This document shows, piece by piece, positions 16,446 through 28,295 of a DNA stretch of 32,000 nt (position 1 is its first letter; each line of letters starts with the position of its first letter). This DNA is from Teredinibacter haidensis (lineage in GTDB: Bacteria; Pseudomonadota; Gammaproteobacteria; Pseudomonadales; Cellvibrionaceae). The DNA is taken from the NCBI RefSeq assembly GCF_014211975.1, contig NZ_CP060084.1, positions 178,314 to 210,313 of the forward strand. Direction: 5' to 3'. Under the pieces are notes generated by a model. The model made no database searches, was not told the origin of the DNA, and worked only from the letters and a program-made list of their open reading frames with translations. The position numbers were made by a program, and so were the translations under genes.

Positions 16446-19400
16446 ATGGCTTACTCGTATACTGAGAAAAAACGTATCCGCAAGGATTTTGGCAAGCTGC
16501 CAAACGTCATGGATGTACCATACCTCCTGGCAATCCAGTTAGATTCCTATCGAAAATTTACCCAAGCTGGCAGGCTTGATGATGCCAAACTGGATATCGG
16601 CCTGCAGGCCGCTTTTAAGTCGGTATTCCCAATTGTTAGTTATTCCGGAAATGCTGCGCTTGAATACGTAAGCTATTCCCTTGGTAAGCCCGTATTTGAC
16701 GTTAGTGAGTGTGTGTTGCGTGGTGCGACTTATGCTGTACCCCTACGCGTTAAAGTACGATTGATTATTTATGATCGCGAGTCGTCCAGTAAAGCGATTA
16801 AGGATATTAAAGAGCAAGAAGTTTATATGGGAGAAATCCCATTGATGACCGATAACGGTACCTTTGTTATTAATGGCACCGAAAGAGTTATCGTATCTCA
16901 GCTACACCGTTCACCGGGTGTCTTTTTTGAGCACGACAAAGGTAAGACTCATTCCTCCGGTAAACTTTTGTACTCTGCTCGTATTATTCCTTACCGTGGT
17001 TCATGGTTGGATTTTGAATTCGACCCGAAAGATTTGGTTTACGTTCGAATCGACCGCCGTCGCAAGCTGCCGGCAACGATTCTTCTGCGCGCGCTCGGTT
17101 ACAGTGCCGAAGAAATGTTGGCGATCTTTTTTGAAACTTCCAAGTTCGTGTTTAACGTTGAAGGTAATGCGAAACTTGAGCTGGTTCCTTCGCGTCTGCG
17201 AGGGGATGTAACCACCTTCGAAATTAAGGATGTGAATGGCGATGTTCTCATCGAAGAAGGGCGTCGTATTACGGCCCGCCATATTCGCTTGCTTGAAAAA
17301 AGTGGTGTAACTGAGCTGGATGTTCCGGTGGAATACCTGATCGGTCGCGCTCTGGCGAAAAATATTATCAACACCGAAACCGGAGAAGTGTTATTCGAAT
17401 GTAACACTGAAATTACCGAGGAGGTGCTGGAAGGTCTGACCGCAGGGAATATCACCGAATTTGAAACGCTTTACACTAACGAATTAGATTGTGGACCGTT
17501 TGTCGCAGACACCCTGCGAGCCGACCCGACTCGCACCGAGCTGGAAGCTCTAGTCGAAATCTATCGAATGATGCGCCCCGGCGAACCTCCCACTAAAGAG
17601 TCTGCCGAAGCTCTGTTCCAGAATATGTTCTTCAGCTCTGATCGTTACGATCTTTCTGCGGTAGGCCGCATGAAATTTAATCGTCGACTCGGACACGATT
17701 CTGAAACGGGAGAAGGCACTTTATCTCGCGAAGATATTGTTTGCGTATTGAAAACCTTGATCGAAATTCGCAACGGTAGCGGTACGGTTGACGATATCGA
17801 CCACCTGGGTAACCGTCGCGTGCGTTCTGTGGGCGAAATGGCTGAAAACCAGTTCCGAGTTGGCCTAGTGCGTGTTGAGCGCGCGGTTAAAGAACGATTA
17901 TCCATGGCTGAAAGCGAAGGCTTGATGCCTCAGGACCTGATTAACGCCAAGCCTGTTGCGGCGGCGGTTAAGGAGTTCTTTGGTTCCAGCCAGCTGTCAC
18001 AGTTTATGGATCAGAACAATCCGCTGTCTGAAGTTACTCACAAACGTCGTGTGTCTGCTCTCGGCCCTGGTGGTTTGACTCGAGAGCGCGCTGGTTTTGA
18101 AGTGCGCGATGTACACCCAACACATTATGGTCGTGTCTGTCCTATTGAGACACCTGAAGGCCCAAACATTGGTCTGATCAACTCTCTGGCTACTTACGCC
18201 CGTACTAATAATTACGGTTTTCTGGAGAGCCCACATAGGAAGGTAGTCGATGGTAAGGTTACCGACGACATCGAATACCTGTCGGCGATTAACGAAGCTC
18301 AGTATGTTATTGCACAGGCATCTGCCGAGATGAATGAGGCCGGTGAGCTGACTGACGAGCTAGTATCCGTTCGCTACCAAAACGAATTTACATTAAAAGC
18401 CGTATCAGACGTTCAATATATGGACGTTTCGCCACGCCAGGTTGTGTCGGTGGCAGCGTCGTTGATTCCATTCCTGGAGCATGATGATGCCAACCGTGCT
18501 TTGATGGGATCAAACATGCAGCGTCAGGCGGTTCCAACCCTGAAGGCAGACAAGCCTGTTGTGGGAACCGGTATGGAGCGCAATGTTGCACGCGACTCCG
18601 GCGTGTGTGTCGTTGCCAAGCGTGGCGGTAAAATCGAAAGCGTTGATGCTGCTCGTATCGTTGTTCGCGCTTCCGATGAAGAAACCGAGGCGGGTGATGC
18701 AGGTGTTGATATCTACAACCTGACCAAGTACACCCGCTCCAACCAGAATACCTGTATTAATCAGCGTCCAATCGTTAAGCCTGGCGACGCCATTACTCGT
18801 GGTGATATTTTGGCCGATGGGCCATCAGTGGATCTTGGTGAGCTAGCGCTGGGTCAGAATATGCGTATCGCGTTTATGACCTGGAATGGTTATAACTTCG
18901 AGGATTCCATTTTGGTGTCCGAGCGCGTTGTACAGGAAGACCGTTTTACCACTATCCATATTCAGGAGCTGACCTGTATTGCTCGTGACACTAAGCTGGG
19001 TAGTGAGGAAATTACAGCGGATATTCCTAACGTGGGTGAAGGTGCGTTAGCTAAGTTGGATGAATCTGGAATTGTATACGTCGGAGCTGAAGTTAGTGCC
19101 GGCGACATTCTAGTGGGCAAGGTCACGCCGAAAGGTGAAACCCAGCTGACGCCAGAAGAAAAACTGTTACGTGCGATTTTCGGGGAAAAAGCCTCAGACG
19201 TTAAAGACACCTCTCAGCGCGTCCCTTCCAGTGTCAAGGGTACCGTGATTGATGTGCAGGTCTTTACTCGTGATGGTTTGGAAAAAGATCAGCGCTCGTT
19301 GGAAATCGAAAAATCTCAGTTAGATCAGGTACGTAAAGATCTGAACGAAGAGTATCGCATTGTTGAAGGCGCTACCTTTGCCCGTCTGCGTTCTGCTCTG

Positions 19401-20531
19401 GTTGGCCAAACGGTCTCCAGCGGTAGAAGTGTTAAGAAGGGTGATACGGTTACCGATGAAATGCTCAACGATTTGGTGAAAGAAGACTGGTTTAAAATCC
19501 GCATGTCTGACGATGTGCTCAATGAGCAGTTGGATGCCGCTGAGCAGCAGCTGATAGACCGTCGTAAGGAACTGGACGAGCGTTTTGAAGACAAGAAAGG
19601 CAAGCTGGAAACCGGTGATGATTTGGCTCCGGGCGTGCTGAAGATAGTCAAGGTTTACTTGGCTATTAAACGTCGCATTCAGCCCGGTGACAAGATGGCG
19701 GGTCGTCACGGTAACAAGGGTGTTATCTCAGTCATCATGCCGGTCGAAGATATGCCTTACGACGAAAATGGTGATCCAATCGATATCGTACTCAATCCTC
19801 TGGGCGTGCCTTCGCGGATGAACGTGGGGCAGATTCTTGAGACTCACTTGGGCCTTGCGTCCAAAGGTCTGGGGCGCAAGATCGAGAATATGCTACAGCA
19901 GCAGAATGCGGTTATACAGCTGCGCGACCTGCTCGGTAAGGTCTACAACGATATTGGTCAGTCCTATAAAAAGGAAGAGCTGGATTCCTTCACTGATGAA
20001 GAACTGCTCGAGTTGGCTGAGAACCTGAAAGGTGGTGTGCCCATGGCTACACGCGCCTTTGATGGTGCTGCCGAGTCTGAAATCAAAGAGTTGCTGCGCT
20101 TGGCGGATATGCCGGACTCCGGTCAGATGACTTTGTTTGACGGTCGTACTGGCGACGCTTTCCAGCGTAAAGTTACCGTAGGCTATATGTACATGCTTAA
20201 GCTCAACCACTTGGTTGATGACAAGATGCATGCGCGATCTACAGGTTCCTATAGCTTGGTTACCCAGCAGCCATTGGGCGGTAAAGCTCAGTTTGGTGGT
20301 CAGCGATTTGGTGAGATGGAAGTGTGGGCATTGGAAGCATACGGTGCTGCATACACGCTTCAGGAAATGCTCACGGTTAAGTCGGATGATGTTAATGGTC
20401 GAACCAAGATGTATAAAAACATCGTCGATGGTGATCATCGTATGGAGCCCGGCATGCCTGAATCATTTAACGTATTGGTTAAAGAAATTCGATCGCTGGG
20501 CATCAATATCGAACTTGAGCAAGACTCGTAA
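16446..20531 (+). CDS. rpoB: DNA-directed RNA polymerase subunit beta
   Basis: 1361 aa. [17 protein letters not shown] start and colinear conserved blocks throughout (for example the rifampicin cluster region [34 protein letters not shown]). Confidence 0.99.
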   Translation: MAYSYTEKKRIRKDFGKLPNVMDVPYLLAIQLDSYRKFTQAGRLDDAKLDIGLQAAFKSVFPIVSYSGNAALEYVSYSLGKPVFDVSECVLRGATYAVPLRVKVRLIIYDRESSSKAIKDIKEQEVYMGEIPLMTDNGTFVINGTERVIVSQLHRSPGVFFEHDKGKTHSSGKLLYSARIIPYRGSWLDFEFDPKDLVYVRIDRRRKLPATILLRALGYSAEEMLAIFFETSKFVFNVEGNAKLELVPSRLRGDVTTFEIKDVNGDVLIEEGRRITARHIRLLEKSGVTELDVPVEYLIGRALAKNIINTETGEVLFECNTEITEEVLEGLTAGNITEFETLYTNELDCGPFVADTLRADPTRTELEALVEIYRMMRPGEPPTKESAEALFQNMFFSSDRYDLSAVGRMKFNRRLGHDSETGEGTLSREDIVCVLKTLIEIRNGSGTVDDIDHLGNRRVRSVGEMAENQFRVGLVRVERAVKERLSMAESEGLMPQDLINAKPVAAAVKEFFGSSQLSQFMDQNNPLSEVTHKRRVSALGPGGLTRERAGFEVRDVHPTHYGRVCPIETPEGPNIGLINSLATYARTNNYGFLESPHRKVVDGKVTDDIEYLSAINEAQYVIAQASAEMNEAGELTDELVSVRYQNEFTLKAVSDVQYMDVSPRQVVSVAASLIPFLEHDDANRALMGSNMQRQAVPTLKADKPVVGTGMERNVARDSGVCVVAKRGGKIESVDAARIVVRASDEETEAGDAGVDIYNLTKYTRSNQNTCINQRPIVKPGDAITRGDILADGPSVDLGELALGQNMRIAFMTWNGYNFEDSILVSERVVQEDRFTTIHIQELTCIARDTKLGSEEITADIPNVGEGALAKLDESGIVYVGAEVSAGDILVGKVTPKGETQLTPEEKLLRAIFGEKASDVKDTSQRVPSSVKGTVIDVQVFTRDGLEKDQRSLEIEKSQLDQVRKDLNEEYRIVEGATFARLRSALVGQTVSSGRSVKKGDTVTDEMLNDLVKEDWFKIRMSDDVLNEQLDAAEQQLIDRRKELDERFEDKKGKLETGDDLAPGVLKIVKVYLAIKRRIQPGDKMAGRHGNKGVISVIMPVEDMPYDENGDPIDIVLNPLGVPSRMNVGQILETHLGLASKGLGRKIENMLQQQNAVIQLRDLLGKVYNDIGQSYKKEELDSFTDEELLELAENLKGGVPMATRAFDGAAESEIKELLRLADMPDSGQMTLFDGRTGDAFQRKVTVGYMYMLKLNHLVDDKMHARSTGSYSLVTQQPLGGKAQFGGQRFGEMEVWALEAYGAAYTLQEMLTVKSDDVNGRTKMYKNIVDGDHRMEPGMPESFNVLVKEIRSLGINIELEQDS

Positions 20532-20610
20532 ATTTCACAAATCAAACGGTGGTGGGCGCAGCTCTATTAGGCTCGCCCGCTGTGCATAGGCACCCACTGG
20601 AGGAGCAGCT

Positions 20611-23600
20611 TTGAAAGATTTATTAAATTTATTGAAAAATCAGGGGCAAAACGACGAGTTTGACGGTATTCGTATCGGTCTCGCATCGCCTGAGATGATC
20701 CGTTCCTGGTCGTTTGGTGAAGTGAAAAAACCAGAGACCATTAACTATCGAACCTTCAAGCCTGAGCGTGAAGGTTTATTCTGTGCCAAAGTATTTGGCC
20801 CGGTTAAAGACTACGAATGTTTGTGCGGTAAGTACAAGCGTATGAAGCATCGCGGCATTATTTGTGAAAAGTGCGGCGTTGAAGTCACGTTGGCAAAAGT
20901 TCGTCGTGAGCGTATGGCTCATATCGAGCTGGCCTGTCCTACGGCGCACATCTGGTTTTTGAAATCCCTGCCAAGCCGTATCGGTTTGTTGCTGGATATG
21001 ACCTTGCGCAGCATCGAGCGAGTGCTTTATTTTGAATCTTTCGTGGTTACCGATCCCGGTATGACCACGCTTGAGCGCGGCCAGCTACTGACTGACGAGC
21101 AGTACTTTGAAGCCATGGAAGAGTTTGGTGACGAATTCGATGCCAAAATGGGTGCAGAGGCTATCCAGCAATTGGTGAAGGATATCGATCTGGAGCGTGA
21201 TGCTCAGGGAATCCGCGAAGAAATTCCAAACACGAACTCTGAAACCAAGATCAAAAAGCTGTCCAAGCGACTGAAGCTTCTCGAAGCCTTTATTCAGTCT
21301 GGTAACAAGCCGGAGTGGATGATTCTGGAAGCTCTGCCGGTTCTACCGCCCGATCTGCGTCCATTGGTGCCGCTAGACGGTGGTCGTTTCGCAACTTCCG
21401 ACCTTAACGATCTTTATCGCCGTGTTATTAACCGCAATAATCGTTTGAAGCGTCTGCTTGATCTTAACGCTCCGGACATTATTGTTCGCAACGAAAAGCG
21501 TATGCTGCAGGAAGCTGTGGACGCATTGCTGGATAACGGCCGTCGCGGTCGCGCCATCACTGGTTCCAATAAGCGCCCACTGAAATCTTTGGCCGATATG
21601 ATCAAAGGTAAGCAGGGTCGTTTCCGTCAGAACTTACTGGGTAAGCGTGTGGACTATTCCGGTCGTTCCGTAATTGTGACCGGTCCGACTTTGCGCCTGC
21701 ATCAGTGTGGTCTGCCTAAGAAAATGGCGTTGGAGCTTTTCAAACCGTTTATTTTTAGCAAGCTTGAGCTGCGCGGCCTCGCTACCACGATTAAAGCAGC
21801 CAAGAAAATGGTTGAGCGTGAAGAGCCGGTTGTATGGGATATCCTTGACGAAGTGATTCGCGAGCACCCTGTATTACTTAACCGAGCACCAACACTTCAC
21901 CGTTTGGGTATTCAAGCGTTTGAGCCGGTACTGATTGAAGGTAAAGCAATTCAATTGCACCCATTGGTGTGTGCGGCTTATAACGCCGACTTCGATGGTG
22001 ATCAGATGGCTGTTCACGTGCCGCTGACAATTGAAGCTCAGCTAGAATCACGTGCGCTGATGATGTCCACCAATAACATCCTGTCACCAGCTTCTGGTGA
22101 ACCAATTATCGTCCCGTCGCAGGACGTTGTATTGGGTCTGTACTGGATGACCCGCGAGCGTATTAACGATCTCGGCGAAGGAATGGTGTTCTCCGACAGC
22201 AAAGAAGTCTCTCGCGCTTTCTATGCGAAAAAAATTGGCCTGCAGGCACGAATTAGAGTGCGAGTTCGCCAGGTAAAATTACGCGAAGATGGCGAGAAAG
22301 AAGAGAAAACTGAGCTGCTGGAGACGACTGTTGGTCGTGTTCTGTTGTGGGAGATTGTGCCCGACGGTATTCCTTTTGACATGGTTAACAAGCCAATGGT
22401 TAAAAAGGCCATCTCTGGCGTCATTAACTTTTGTTACCGCATCGTTGGTCTGAAAGCGACGGTTATTTTTGCCGACCAGCTCATGTACATGGGGTACGAC
22501 TTTAGTACCAAGTCGGGTTCTTCTATCGGTGTAAACGATTTTGAAATTCCCGCTGCGAAAGCCGGTATTGTTGACAGCGCCGATGATGAAGTGAAAGAAA
22601 TTGAAAGACAGTTCGCGTCCGGCCTGGTAACCCAGGGTGAGAAGTACAACAAGGTGATCGATATTTGGTCTCGCGCCAACGACCTAGTTGCTAAGTCAAT
22701 GATGGAAGGTATTTCCAAAGAGGCCGTGATTAACCGTGACGGCGTAGAAGAAATGCAGGATTCCTACAACTCTGTCTTTATGTATGCCGATTCCGGCGCT
22801 CGTGGTTCGCCCGCACAGATTCGTCAGCTGGCTGGAATGCGTGGCCTGATGGCTCGCCCGGACGGCTCCATTATTGAAACGCCGATTGTTGCGAACTTCC
22901 GTGAAGGTTTGAACGTACTTCAGTACTTCATCTCTACACACGGCGCTCGTAAAGGTTTGGCGGATACCGCACTGAAAACAGCAAACTCTGGTTATCTAAC
23001 CCGTCGACTCGTGGATGTGGCTCAGGACGTTGTTATTACGTCCAGCGACTGCGGTACCGATGAGGGATTGGTGATGACCCCGGTTATCGAGGGTGGTGAC
23101 ATCATCGAAACCTTGGGTGATCGTATTCTGGGTCGCGTCGTCGCACAGGACGTTGTACGCCCAGGTAGCGATGAGATTTTGATCCCAGCAGGTACCATGA
23201 TCGACGAAAAGTGGGTTGTACGTGTTGGCGATATGAGTATTGATGAGGTCATTGTTCGCTCGTCGATTACCTGTGAATCTCGTTTTGGTATTTGTGCCCA
23301 ATGTTATGGTCGCGATCTGGCGCGGGGGCATCGTGCTAACATCGGCGAAGCCGCCGGCGTTATTGCTGCCCAGTCTATTGGTGAGCCGGGTACCCAGTTA
23401 ACGATGCGTACTTTCCATATTGGTGGTGCGGCAAGCCGGGCGTCTGCAGCCGATAGTATCCAGGTGAAGCAAGAAGGTACCGTTCGTCTGCATAATATTA
23501 AGGTTGTAACCCGCGAAACCGGAGACCTAGTAGCGGTGTCCCGATCTGGCGAACTGGCGGTTGCCGATGCCGCCGGTCGTGAACGTGAGCGTTACAAGGT

Positions 23601-24831
23601 TCCATACGGGGCTGTTATCTCGGTTAAAGATGGCGAGCAGATCGAGGGCGGTGCTGTGATCGCTAAGTGGGATCCGCATACGCACCCAATCATTACCGAG
23701 GTAGCCGGTAAGGTCGCTATGACCGGTATGGAAGATGGTCTTTCCATTCGCAAGCAAACAGATGATCTTACGGGTTTGTCCAGTATTGAAATTCTGGATC
23801 CTACCGAGCGTCCTGCAGCGGGTAAAGATCTGAAGCCAGCGGTAACCCTTGTAGATGGAAACGGAAACGAGCTGACTTTGGCGAACTCTAATCAGCCGGC
23901 GCACTACATGTTGCCTGGTAAAGCTATTTTGAGTTTAAGCGATGGCGACCAGATCGGTGTGGGTACCGTAATAGCACGTATCCCTCAAGAGGGATCAAAA
24001 ACTCGTGATATTACCGGTGGTCTACCTCGTGTTGCCGACCTGTTTGAAGCGCGTAAGCCGAAAGAGCCTTCAATTCTGGCTGAGATTTCCGGTGCGGTTT
24101 CCTTCGGTAAAGAAACCAAAGGTAAGCGTCGCCTGGTGATTACTCCGGCTAACGGCCAGCTGCTTCCGGATGGCTCGACTCACTACGAAGTACTGATCCC
24201 TAAACATCGTCAATTGACCGTGTTCGAGGGTGAAACGGTCGCTAAGGGTGAAGTTGTGTCTGATGGGCCAAGCAACCCGCACGATATTCTGCGTTTGCAG
24301 GGTGTGGAAGCCTTGGCCCGCTACATCGTCAACGAGATTCAGGAAGTTTACCGGCTGCAAGGCGTGAAGATTAACGATAAGCATATCGAAACTATCGTTC
24401 GTCAAATGCTGCGCAAGGCAGAAATTACTTTCATGGGTGATTCCGACTTCGTTAAGGGTGAACAGGTTGAGTATCATCATGTATTGGAGAGTAATGAGAA
24501 GTTACGCGCCGATGGTCGCCAGCCTGCGAAATTTGAGCGCCAGCTGCTGGGTATTACAAAAGCGTCGTTGGCAACTGAATCATTTATATCTGCCGCATCC
24601 TTCCAGGAAACAACCCGTGTTTTGACCGAGGCTGCCGTTACGGGCAAGCTCGATAGATTACGTGGTCTGAAAGAGAACGTGGTTGTTGGTCGACTGATCC
24701 CAGCGGGTACCGGTCTGACTTATCACAATGAGCGCCGTCGCAAGCGTGAAGAAAAGTCTTTACCATCGGATGGCGTAAGTGCAGCAGAAGTAGAAGCAGC
24801 ATTAACCGAAGCCCTTAAGTCCGGTTCATAG
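20611..24831 (+). CDS. rpoC: DNA-directed RNA polymerase subunit beta'
   Basis: 1406 aa. [11 protein letters not shown]... is colinear with E. coli RpoC, including the zinc finger [23 protein letters not shown] and the catalytic NADFDGD. TTG start with a strong GGAGGAG SD 5 nt upstream. Confidence 0.98.
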   Translation: MKDLLNLLKNQGQNDEFDGIRIGLASPEMIRSWSFGEVKKPETINYRTFKPEREGLFCAKVFGPVKDYECLCGKYKRMKHRGIICEKCGVEVTLAKVRRERMAHIELACPTAHIWFLKSLPSRIGLLLDMTLRSIERVLYFESFVVTDPGMTTLERGQLLTDEQYFEAMEEFGDEFDAKMGAEAIQQLVKDIDLERDAQGIREEIPNTNSETKIKKLSKRLKLLEAFIQSGNKPEWMILEALPVLPPDLRPLVPLDGGRFATSDLNDLYRRVINRNNRLKRLLDLNAPDIIVRNEKRMLQEAVDALLDNGRRGRAITGSNKRPLKSLADMIKGKQGRFRQNLLGKRVDYSGRSVIVTGPTLRLHQCGLPKKMALELFKPFIFSKLELRGLATTIKAAKKMVEREEPVVWDILDEVIREHPVLLNRAPTLHRLGIQAFEPVLIEGKAIQLHPLVCAAYNADFDGDQMAVHVPLTIEAQLESRALMMSTNNILSPASGEPIIVPSQDVVLGLYWMTRERINDLGEGMVFSDSKEVSRAFYAKKIGLQARIRVRVRQVKLREDGEKEEKTELLETTVGRVLLWEIVPDGIPFDMVNKPMVKKAISGVINFCYRIVGLKATVIFADQLMYMGYDFSTKSGSSIGVNDFEIPAAKAGIVDSADDEVKEIERQFASGLVTQGEKYNKVIDIWSRANDLVAKSMMEGISKEAVINRDGVEEMQDSYNSVFMYADSGARGSPAQIRQLAGMRGLMARPDGSIIETPIVANFREGLNVLQYFISTHGARKGLADTALKTANSGYLTRRLVDVAQDVVITSSDCGTDEGLVMTPVIEGGDIIETLGDRILGRVVAQDVVRPGSDEILIPAGTMIDEKWVVRVGDMSIDEVIVRSSITCESRFGICAQCYGRDLARGHRANIGEAAGVIAAQSIGEPGTQLTMRTFHIGGAASRASAADSIQVKQEGTVRLHNIKVVTRETGDLVAVSRSGELAVADAAGRERERYKVPYGAVISVKDGEQIEGGAVIAKWDPHTHPIITEVAGKVAMTGMEDGLSIRKQTDDLTGLSSIEILDPTERPAAGKDLKPAVTLVDGNGNELTLANSNQPAHYMLPGKAILSLSDGDQIGVGTVIARIPQEGSKTRDITGGLPRVADLFEARKPKEPSILAEISGAVSFGKETKGKRRLVITPANGQLLPDGSTHYEVLIPKHRQLTVFEGETVAKGEVVSDGPSNPHDILRLQGVEALARYIVNEIQEVYRLQGVKINDKHIETIVRQMLRKAEITFMGDSDFVKGEQVEYHHVLESNEKLRADGRQPAKFERQLLGITKASLATESFISAASFQETTRVLTEAAVTGKLDRLRGLKENVVVGRLIPAGTGLTYHNERRRKREEKSLPSDGVSAAEVEAALTEALKSGS

Positions 24832-24868
24832 TCTGTATATAAACCTTCTTTATTGAGGTTCTAAGATG

Positions 24869-24897
24869 TTGACGATAGCGGGTGGTGTCATTACAAT
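24869..24897 (+). promoter_or_regulatory. Candidate sigma70 promoter of the str operon (rpsL-rpsG-fusA-tuf)
   Basis: TTGACG (24869-24874), exactly 17 nt spacer, TACAAT (24892-24897). The predicted 5' UTR of about 108 nt is comparable to the E. coli Pstr layout. Confidence 0.45.
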
Positions 24898-24909
24898 GCG
24901 CCACCCGCT
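24877..24909 (+). terminator. Hairpin downstream of rpoC (candidate rpoC terminator, first of two)
   Basis: AGCGGGTGG ... CCACCCGCT, a 9-bp GC-rich stem with a 15-nt loop, followed by GTTATT (a poor U-tract). Confidence 0.4.
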
Positions 24910-24920
24910 GTTATTGGCGG

Positions 24921-24941
24921 GGGGCACTTGTTGCCCTTTTT
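24921..24941 (+). terminator. Short hairpin plus T5 (second terminator candidate, or attenuator in the rpsL leader)
   Basis: GGGCA-CTTGT-TGCCC followed by TTTTT. The stem is only 5-6 bp. Confidence 0.35.
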
Positions 24942-25011
24942 AAGTGAAATAGTTTCTGTGTATCCGTTTTAAGCGGGCAGAAATAAAATTTATTTTTTGG
25001 AGTTAAGTTTC

Positions 25012-25383
25012 ATGGCAACGATCAACCAGTTGGTTCGTAAGCCGAGAAAACGCAAAGTTCAGGCTAGTGACGTTCGTGCTTTGGAAGCATGTCCTCAGCG
25101 CCGTGGTGTTTGTACTCGTGTTTACACTACAACACCTAAAAAGCCAAACTCAGCACTGCGTAAAGTATGTCGTGTGCGTTTGACTAACGGTTTCGAGGTG
25201 TCTTCCTACATCGGTGGTGAAGGTCACAATCTACAGGAACACAGCGTTGTATTGATCCGTGGCGGTCGAGTTAAAGACTTGCCTGGTGTTCGATACCACA
25301 CTGTTCGTGGTTCTTTGGATACGTCTGGCGTTAACGACCGTAAACAGGGTCGTTCTAAGTACGGTACTAAGCGTCCTAAGTAA
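25012..25383 (+). CDS. rpsL: 30S ribosomal protein S12
   Basis: [13 protein letters not shown]... is a canonical S12 sequence (123 aa). ATG at 25012 with a GGAG SD 9 nt upstream. The track start at 24997 (TTG) is an extension. Confidence 0.97.
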   Translation: MATINQLVRKPRKRKVQASDVRALEACPQRRGVCTRVYTTTPKKPNSALRKVCRVRLTNGFEVSSYIGGEGHNLQEHSVVLIRGGRVKDLPGVRYHTVRGSLDTSGVNDRKQGRSKYGTKRPK

Positions 25384-25508
25384 TTGACGCAGGTGCGCGT
25401 AAGCGTTTTACGGTAGAACCAGTAAGGCCGGGCGGCTTTCTCTAAACAAAGAGTTTACTCAGCGTCCCGGATAAGCCTGAATTTTTGAGTAATCGGTGAG
25501 TTACAAAC
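25384..25508 (+). promoter_or_regulatory. rpsL-rpsG intercistronic region (candidate S7 translational operator)
   Basis: 125-nt spacer at the position where E. coli S7 binds str mRNA to repress translation. The assignment is positional only. Confidence 0.3.
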
Positions 25509-25979
25509 ATGCCTAGAAGAAGAGTTGTCGCCAAGCGCGAAATATTACCAGATCCCAAATTTGGTAACGTGACATTGGCAAAATTTATGAACCACGTGAT
25601 GATCAGTGGAAAAAAATCCGTAGCTGAGCGTATTGTGTATGGCGCTCTGGAACAGGTTCAGGAAAAACTGAACAAAGATCCTCTGGAAGTCTTCGGTGAA
25701 GCTCTGGAAAACATCGCACCGCTGGTGGAAGTTAAGTCCCGCCGCGTGGGTGGAGCTACCTATCAGGTGCCTGTAGAAGTTCGTCCTTCTCGTCGTGAAG
25801 CACTGGCAATGCGTTGGTTGGTGGAATATTCCCGTTCTCGCGGTGAAAAATCCATGCCTCAGCGTTTGGCTGGTGAATTAATCGATGCTTCCCAAAGTAA
25901 GGGTGGCGCGGTTAAAAAGCGTGAAGACGTTCACCGCATGGCAGAAGCGAACAAGGCCTTCTCGCACTTCCGCTTCTAA
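25509..25979 (+). CDS. rpsG: 30S ribosomal protein S7
   Basis: 156 aa. [20 protein letters not shown]... is a canonical S7 sequence. Confidence 0.97.
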   Translation: MPRRRVVAKREILPDPKFGNVTLAKFMNHVMISGKKSVAERIVYGALEQVQEKLNKDPLEVFGEALENIAPLVEVKSRRVGGATYQVPVEVRPSRREALAMRWLVEYSRSRGEKSMPQRLAGELIDASQSKGGAVKKREDVHRMAEANKAFSHFRF

Positions 25980-26031
25980 AACCTCTACTGCGTTTCGCAA
26001 ACTTTTTAGTGTTTTTTAAGATTTGCAGCAG

Positions 26032-26054
26032 AAGGCAGCCCTCAGCTGCCTTTT
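26032..26054 (+). terminator. Terminator-like hairpin inside the rpsG-fusA spacer (attenuator or stabiliser candidate)
   Basis: AAGGCAGC-CCTCA-GCTGCCTT, a perfect 8-bp stem running into TTTT. Confidence 0.4.
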
Positions 26055-26137
26055 AGCGCTTTCATAAAGCATAAAAAGAGCAGTTAAAGTTAAATTGCGA
26101 AAGTAGAAGTCGATAATGGTAACTGGAGAACACAATC

Positions 26138-28237
26138 GTGGCACGTAAGACCCCAATCGCACGCTATCGAAATATCGGTATCTGCGCGCATGTTGACGCG
26201 GGTAAAACCACCACGACCGAGCGTGTTCTTTTTTATACCGGTTTGTCGCATAAAATTGGTGAGGTCCATGATGGTGCTGCCACCATGGACTGGATGGAGC
26301 AAGAGCAGGAGCGTGGTATTACCATCACTTCTGCCGCTACCACCTGTTTTTGGGCGGGAATGCAGAAGCAGTTCGATCAGCATCGGATTAATATTATCGA
26401 TACTCCTGGGCACGTTGACTTCACTATTGAGGTGGAACGCTCCCTTCGCGTACTTGACGGCGCTGTCGTTGTTTTATGCGGTTCCTCGGGCGTGCAGCCG
26501 CAAACGGAAACCGTATGGCGTCAGGCCAATAAGTACGAAGTTCCACGCATGGTGTTCGTGAATAAAATGGACCGTGCTGGAGCCAGCTTTGAAATGGTTG
26601 TGAAGCAGCTCAAAGAGCGGCTCGGTGCTGTTGCAGTACCACTGCAAATGACAATCGGCGCAGAAGAAGATTTTAAGGGTGTTGTTGACCTAGTGAAGAT
26701 GAAAGCGATCCTGTGGAATGAAGATGACATGGGCATGACCTTTACCTACGACGACATCCCCGAAAATATACGGGATCAGTGCGAGGAAATGCGAGAGCAT
26801 TTAGTGGAAGCGGCAGCTGAAGCAAACGATGAGCTAACAGAAAAATATCTCGAAGACGGTCAGCTCTCGGAAGATGAGATAAAGGCGGGCATTCGCGCTC
26901 GGACCCTGGCCAATGAAATTGTGCCGGTATTGGGTGGCTCGGCCTTTAAGAATAAAGGCGTACAGGCTGTGTTGGATGCGGTTGTTGAATATTTACCCGC
27001 GCCGACGGAAGTAAAAGCGATTCAAGGCACCTTGTTAGATGGTGAGACGGTCGCGACACGTGAAGCCAATGACGACGAGCCGTTTGCAGCTTTGGCTTTC
27101 AAAATTGCAACAGACCCTTTTGTGGGTACGCTGACATTTTTCCGTGTGTATTCTGGAAAGCTTGAAAGTGGTACAGCCGTTTATAATTCGGTTAAACAAA
27201 AAAAAGAGCGTGTTGGTCGTATGGTGCAGATGCACTCCAACAGTCGCGAAGAAATTAAAGAAGTGTTGGCTGGTGATATCGCCGCCGCCATTGGTCTTAA
27301 AGATGTGACCACAGGCGATACCCTTTGCTCTGAGCAGGGTAAAATCGTGTTGGAGCGTATGGAGTTTCCGGAGCCAGTTATATCTGTTGCAGTTGAGCCC
27401 CGCTCTCAAGCTGATCAGGAGAAAATGGGCGTCGCTCTCGGTAAGTTGGCTCAGGAAGACCCCTCTTTTCGCGTAAAAACAGACGAAGAAACGGGGCAAA
27501 CGATTATTTCCGGTATGGGTGAGTTGCACCTGGATATTCTCGTTGAGCGTATGCGCCGAGAATTTAGCGTGGAGGCCAATATTGGTAAGCCGCAGGTCGC
27601 TTATCGAGAGCGCATCACACGCAGTAGTGAAATTGAAGGAAAGTTTGTACGACAGTCTGGTGGTCGCGGTCAGTTTGGTCATGTGTGGCTTAAATTTGAA
27701 CCAGCAGATGATACAAACGCGGAAGGTCTTGAATTCGTCAACGAAATTGTTGGTGGTGCTGTTCCAAAAGAATACATCCCGGCAGTGGAGAAGGGTATAT
27801 CCGAGCAAATGCAGAATGGCGTTGTCGCGGGTTACCCGTTATTGGGGCTGAAGGCGACGCTTTATGATGGGTCATATCACGATGTTGACTCGAGCGAAAT
27901 CGCCTTTAAAATTGCAGCCTCAATGGCGACTAAGAAATTGGCGCAGGAAGGCGGTGCTGTACTGCTTGAGCCAATGATGAAGGTAGAAGTCGTGACACCT
28001 GAAGAAAACATGGGAGACGTTGTGGGAGACCTCAATCGTCGTCGTGGTTTGATTCAGGGAATGGATGAAAACCCTTCAGGTAAAGTTGTAACCGCAGAGG
28101 TGCCTCTGGCTGAAATGTTTGGCTATGCCACTGATCTGCGGTCTGCAACACAAGGTCGTGCGACCTTCACCATGGAGTTTGAGCGTTACGCTGAAGCACC
28201 TAATAAAATTGCGGAAGAAATCATCGCTAAAAATTAA
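26138..28237 (+). CDS. fusA: Elongation factor G
   Basis: 699 aa. GTG start with a GGAG SD 9 nt upstream. [35 protein letters not shown] matches the EF-G N-terminus and G1 motif. Confidence 0.98.
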   Translation: MARKTPIARYRNIGICAHVDAGKTTTTERVLFYTGLSHKIGEVHDGAATMDWMEQEQERGITITSAATTCFWAGMQKQFDQHRINIIDTPGHVDFTIEVERSLRVLDGAVVVLCGSSGVQPQTETVWRQANKYEVPRMVFVNKMDRAGASFEMVVKQLKERLGAVAVPLQMTIGAEEDFKGVVDLVKMKAILWNEDDMGMTFTYDDIPENIRDQCEEMREHLVEAAAEANDELTEKYLEDGQLSEDEIKAGIRARTLANEIVPVLGGSAFKNKGVQAVLDAVVEYLPAPTEVKAIQGTLLDGETVATREANDDEPFAALAFKIATDPFVGTLTFFRVYSGKLESGTAVYNSVKQKKERVGRMVQMHSNSREEIKEVLAGDIAAAIGLKDVTTGDTLCSEQGKIVLERMEFPEPVISVAVEPRSQADQEKMGVALGKLAQEDPSFRVKTDEETGQTIISGMGELHLDILVERMRREFSVEANIGKPQVAYRERITRSSEIEGKFVRQSGGRGQFGHVWLKFEPADDTNAEGLEFVNEIVGGAVPKEYIPAVEKGISEQMQNGVVAGYPLLGLKATLYDGSYHDVDSSEIAFKIAASMATKKLAQEGGAVLLEPMMKVEVVTPEENMGDVVGDLNRRRGLIQGMDENPSGKVVTAEVPLAEMFGYATDLRSATQGRATFTMEFERYAEAPNKIAEEIIAKN

Positions 28238-28295
28238 ATCGGTGAGACATTTCCTTTTTCTGTTTTCAAGTTCAAAAATTTAGAGGAATAGAACA

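Noticed and set aside
26116-26148. 10-codon uORF (ATG GTA ACT GGA GAA CAC AAT CGT GGC ACG TAA) overlapping the fusA GTG start out of frame
   Set aside because: Its sequence includes the fusA SD (GGAG) and it has no SD of its own. The EF-G N-terminus is fully explained by the GTG at 26138. This is probably a chance ORF.
27035-27808. 257-aa reverse-strand ORF. Similar long antisense ORFs occur at 13094-13708, 10179-10775, 19893-20438, 24070-24480 and 28845-29294.
   Set aside because: All lie inside, and antisense to, fusA, nusG, birA/coaX, rpoB, rpoC and tuf respectively. They have no start context and no recognisable domains, so they are shadow ORFs.
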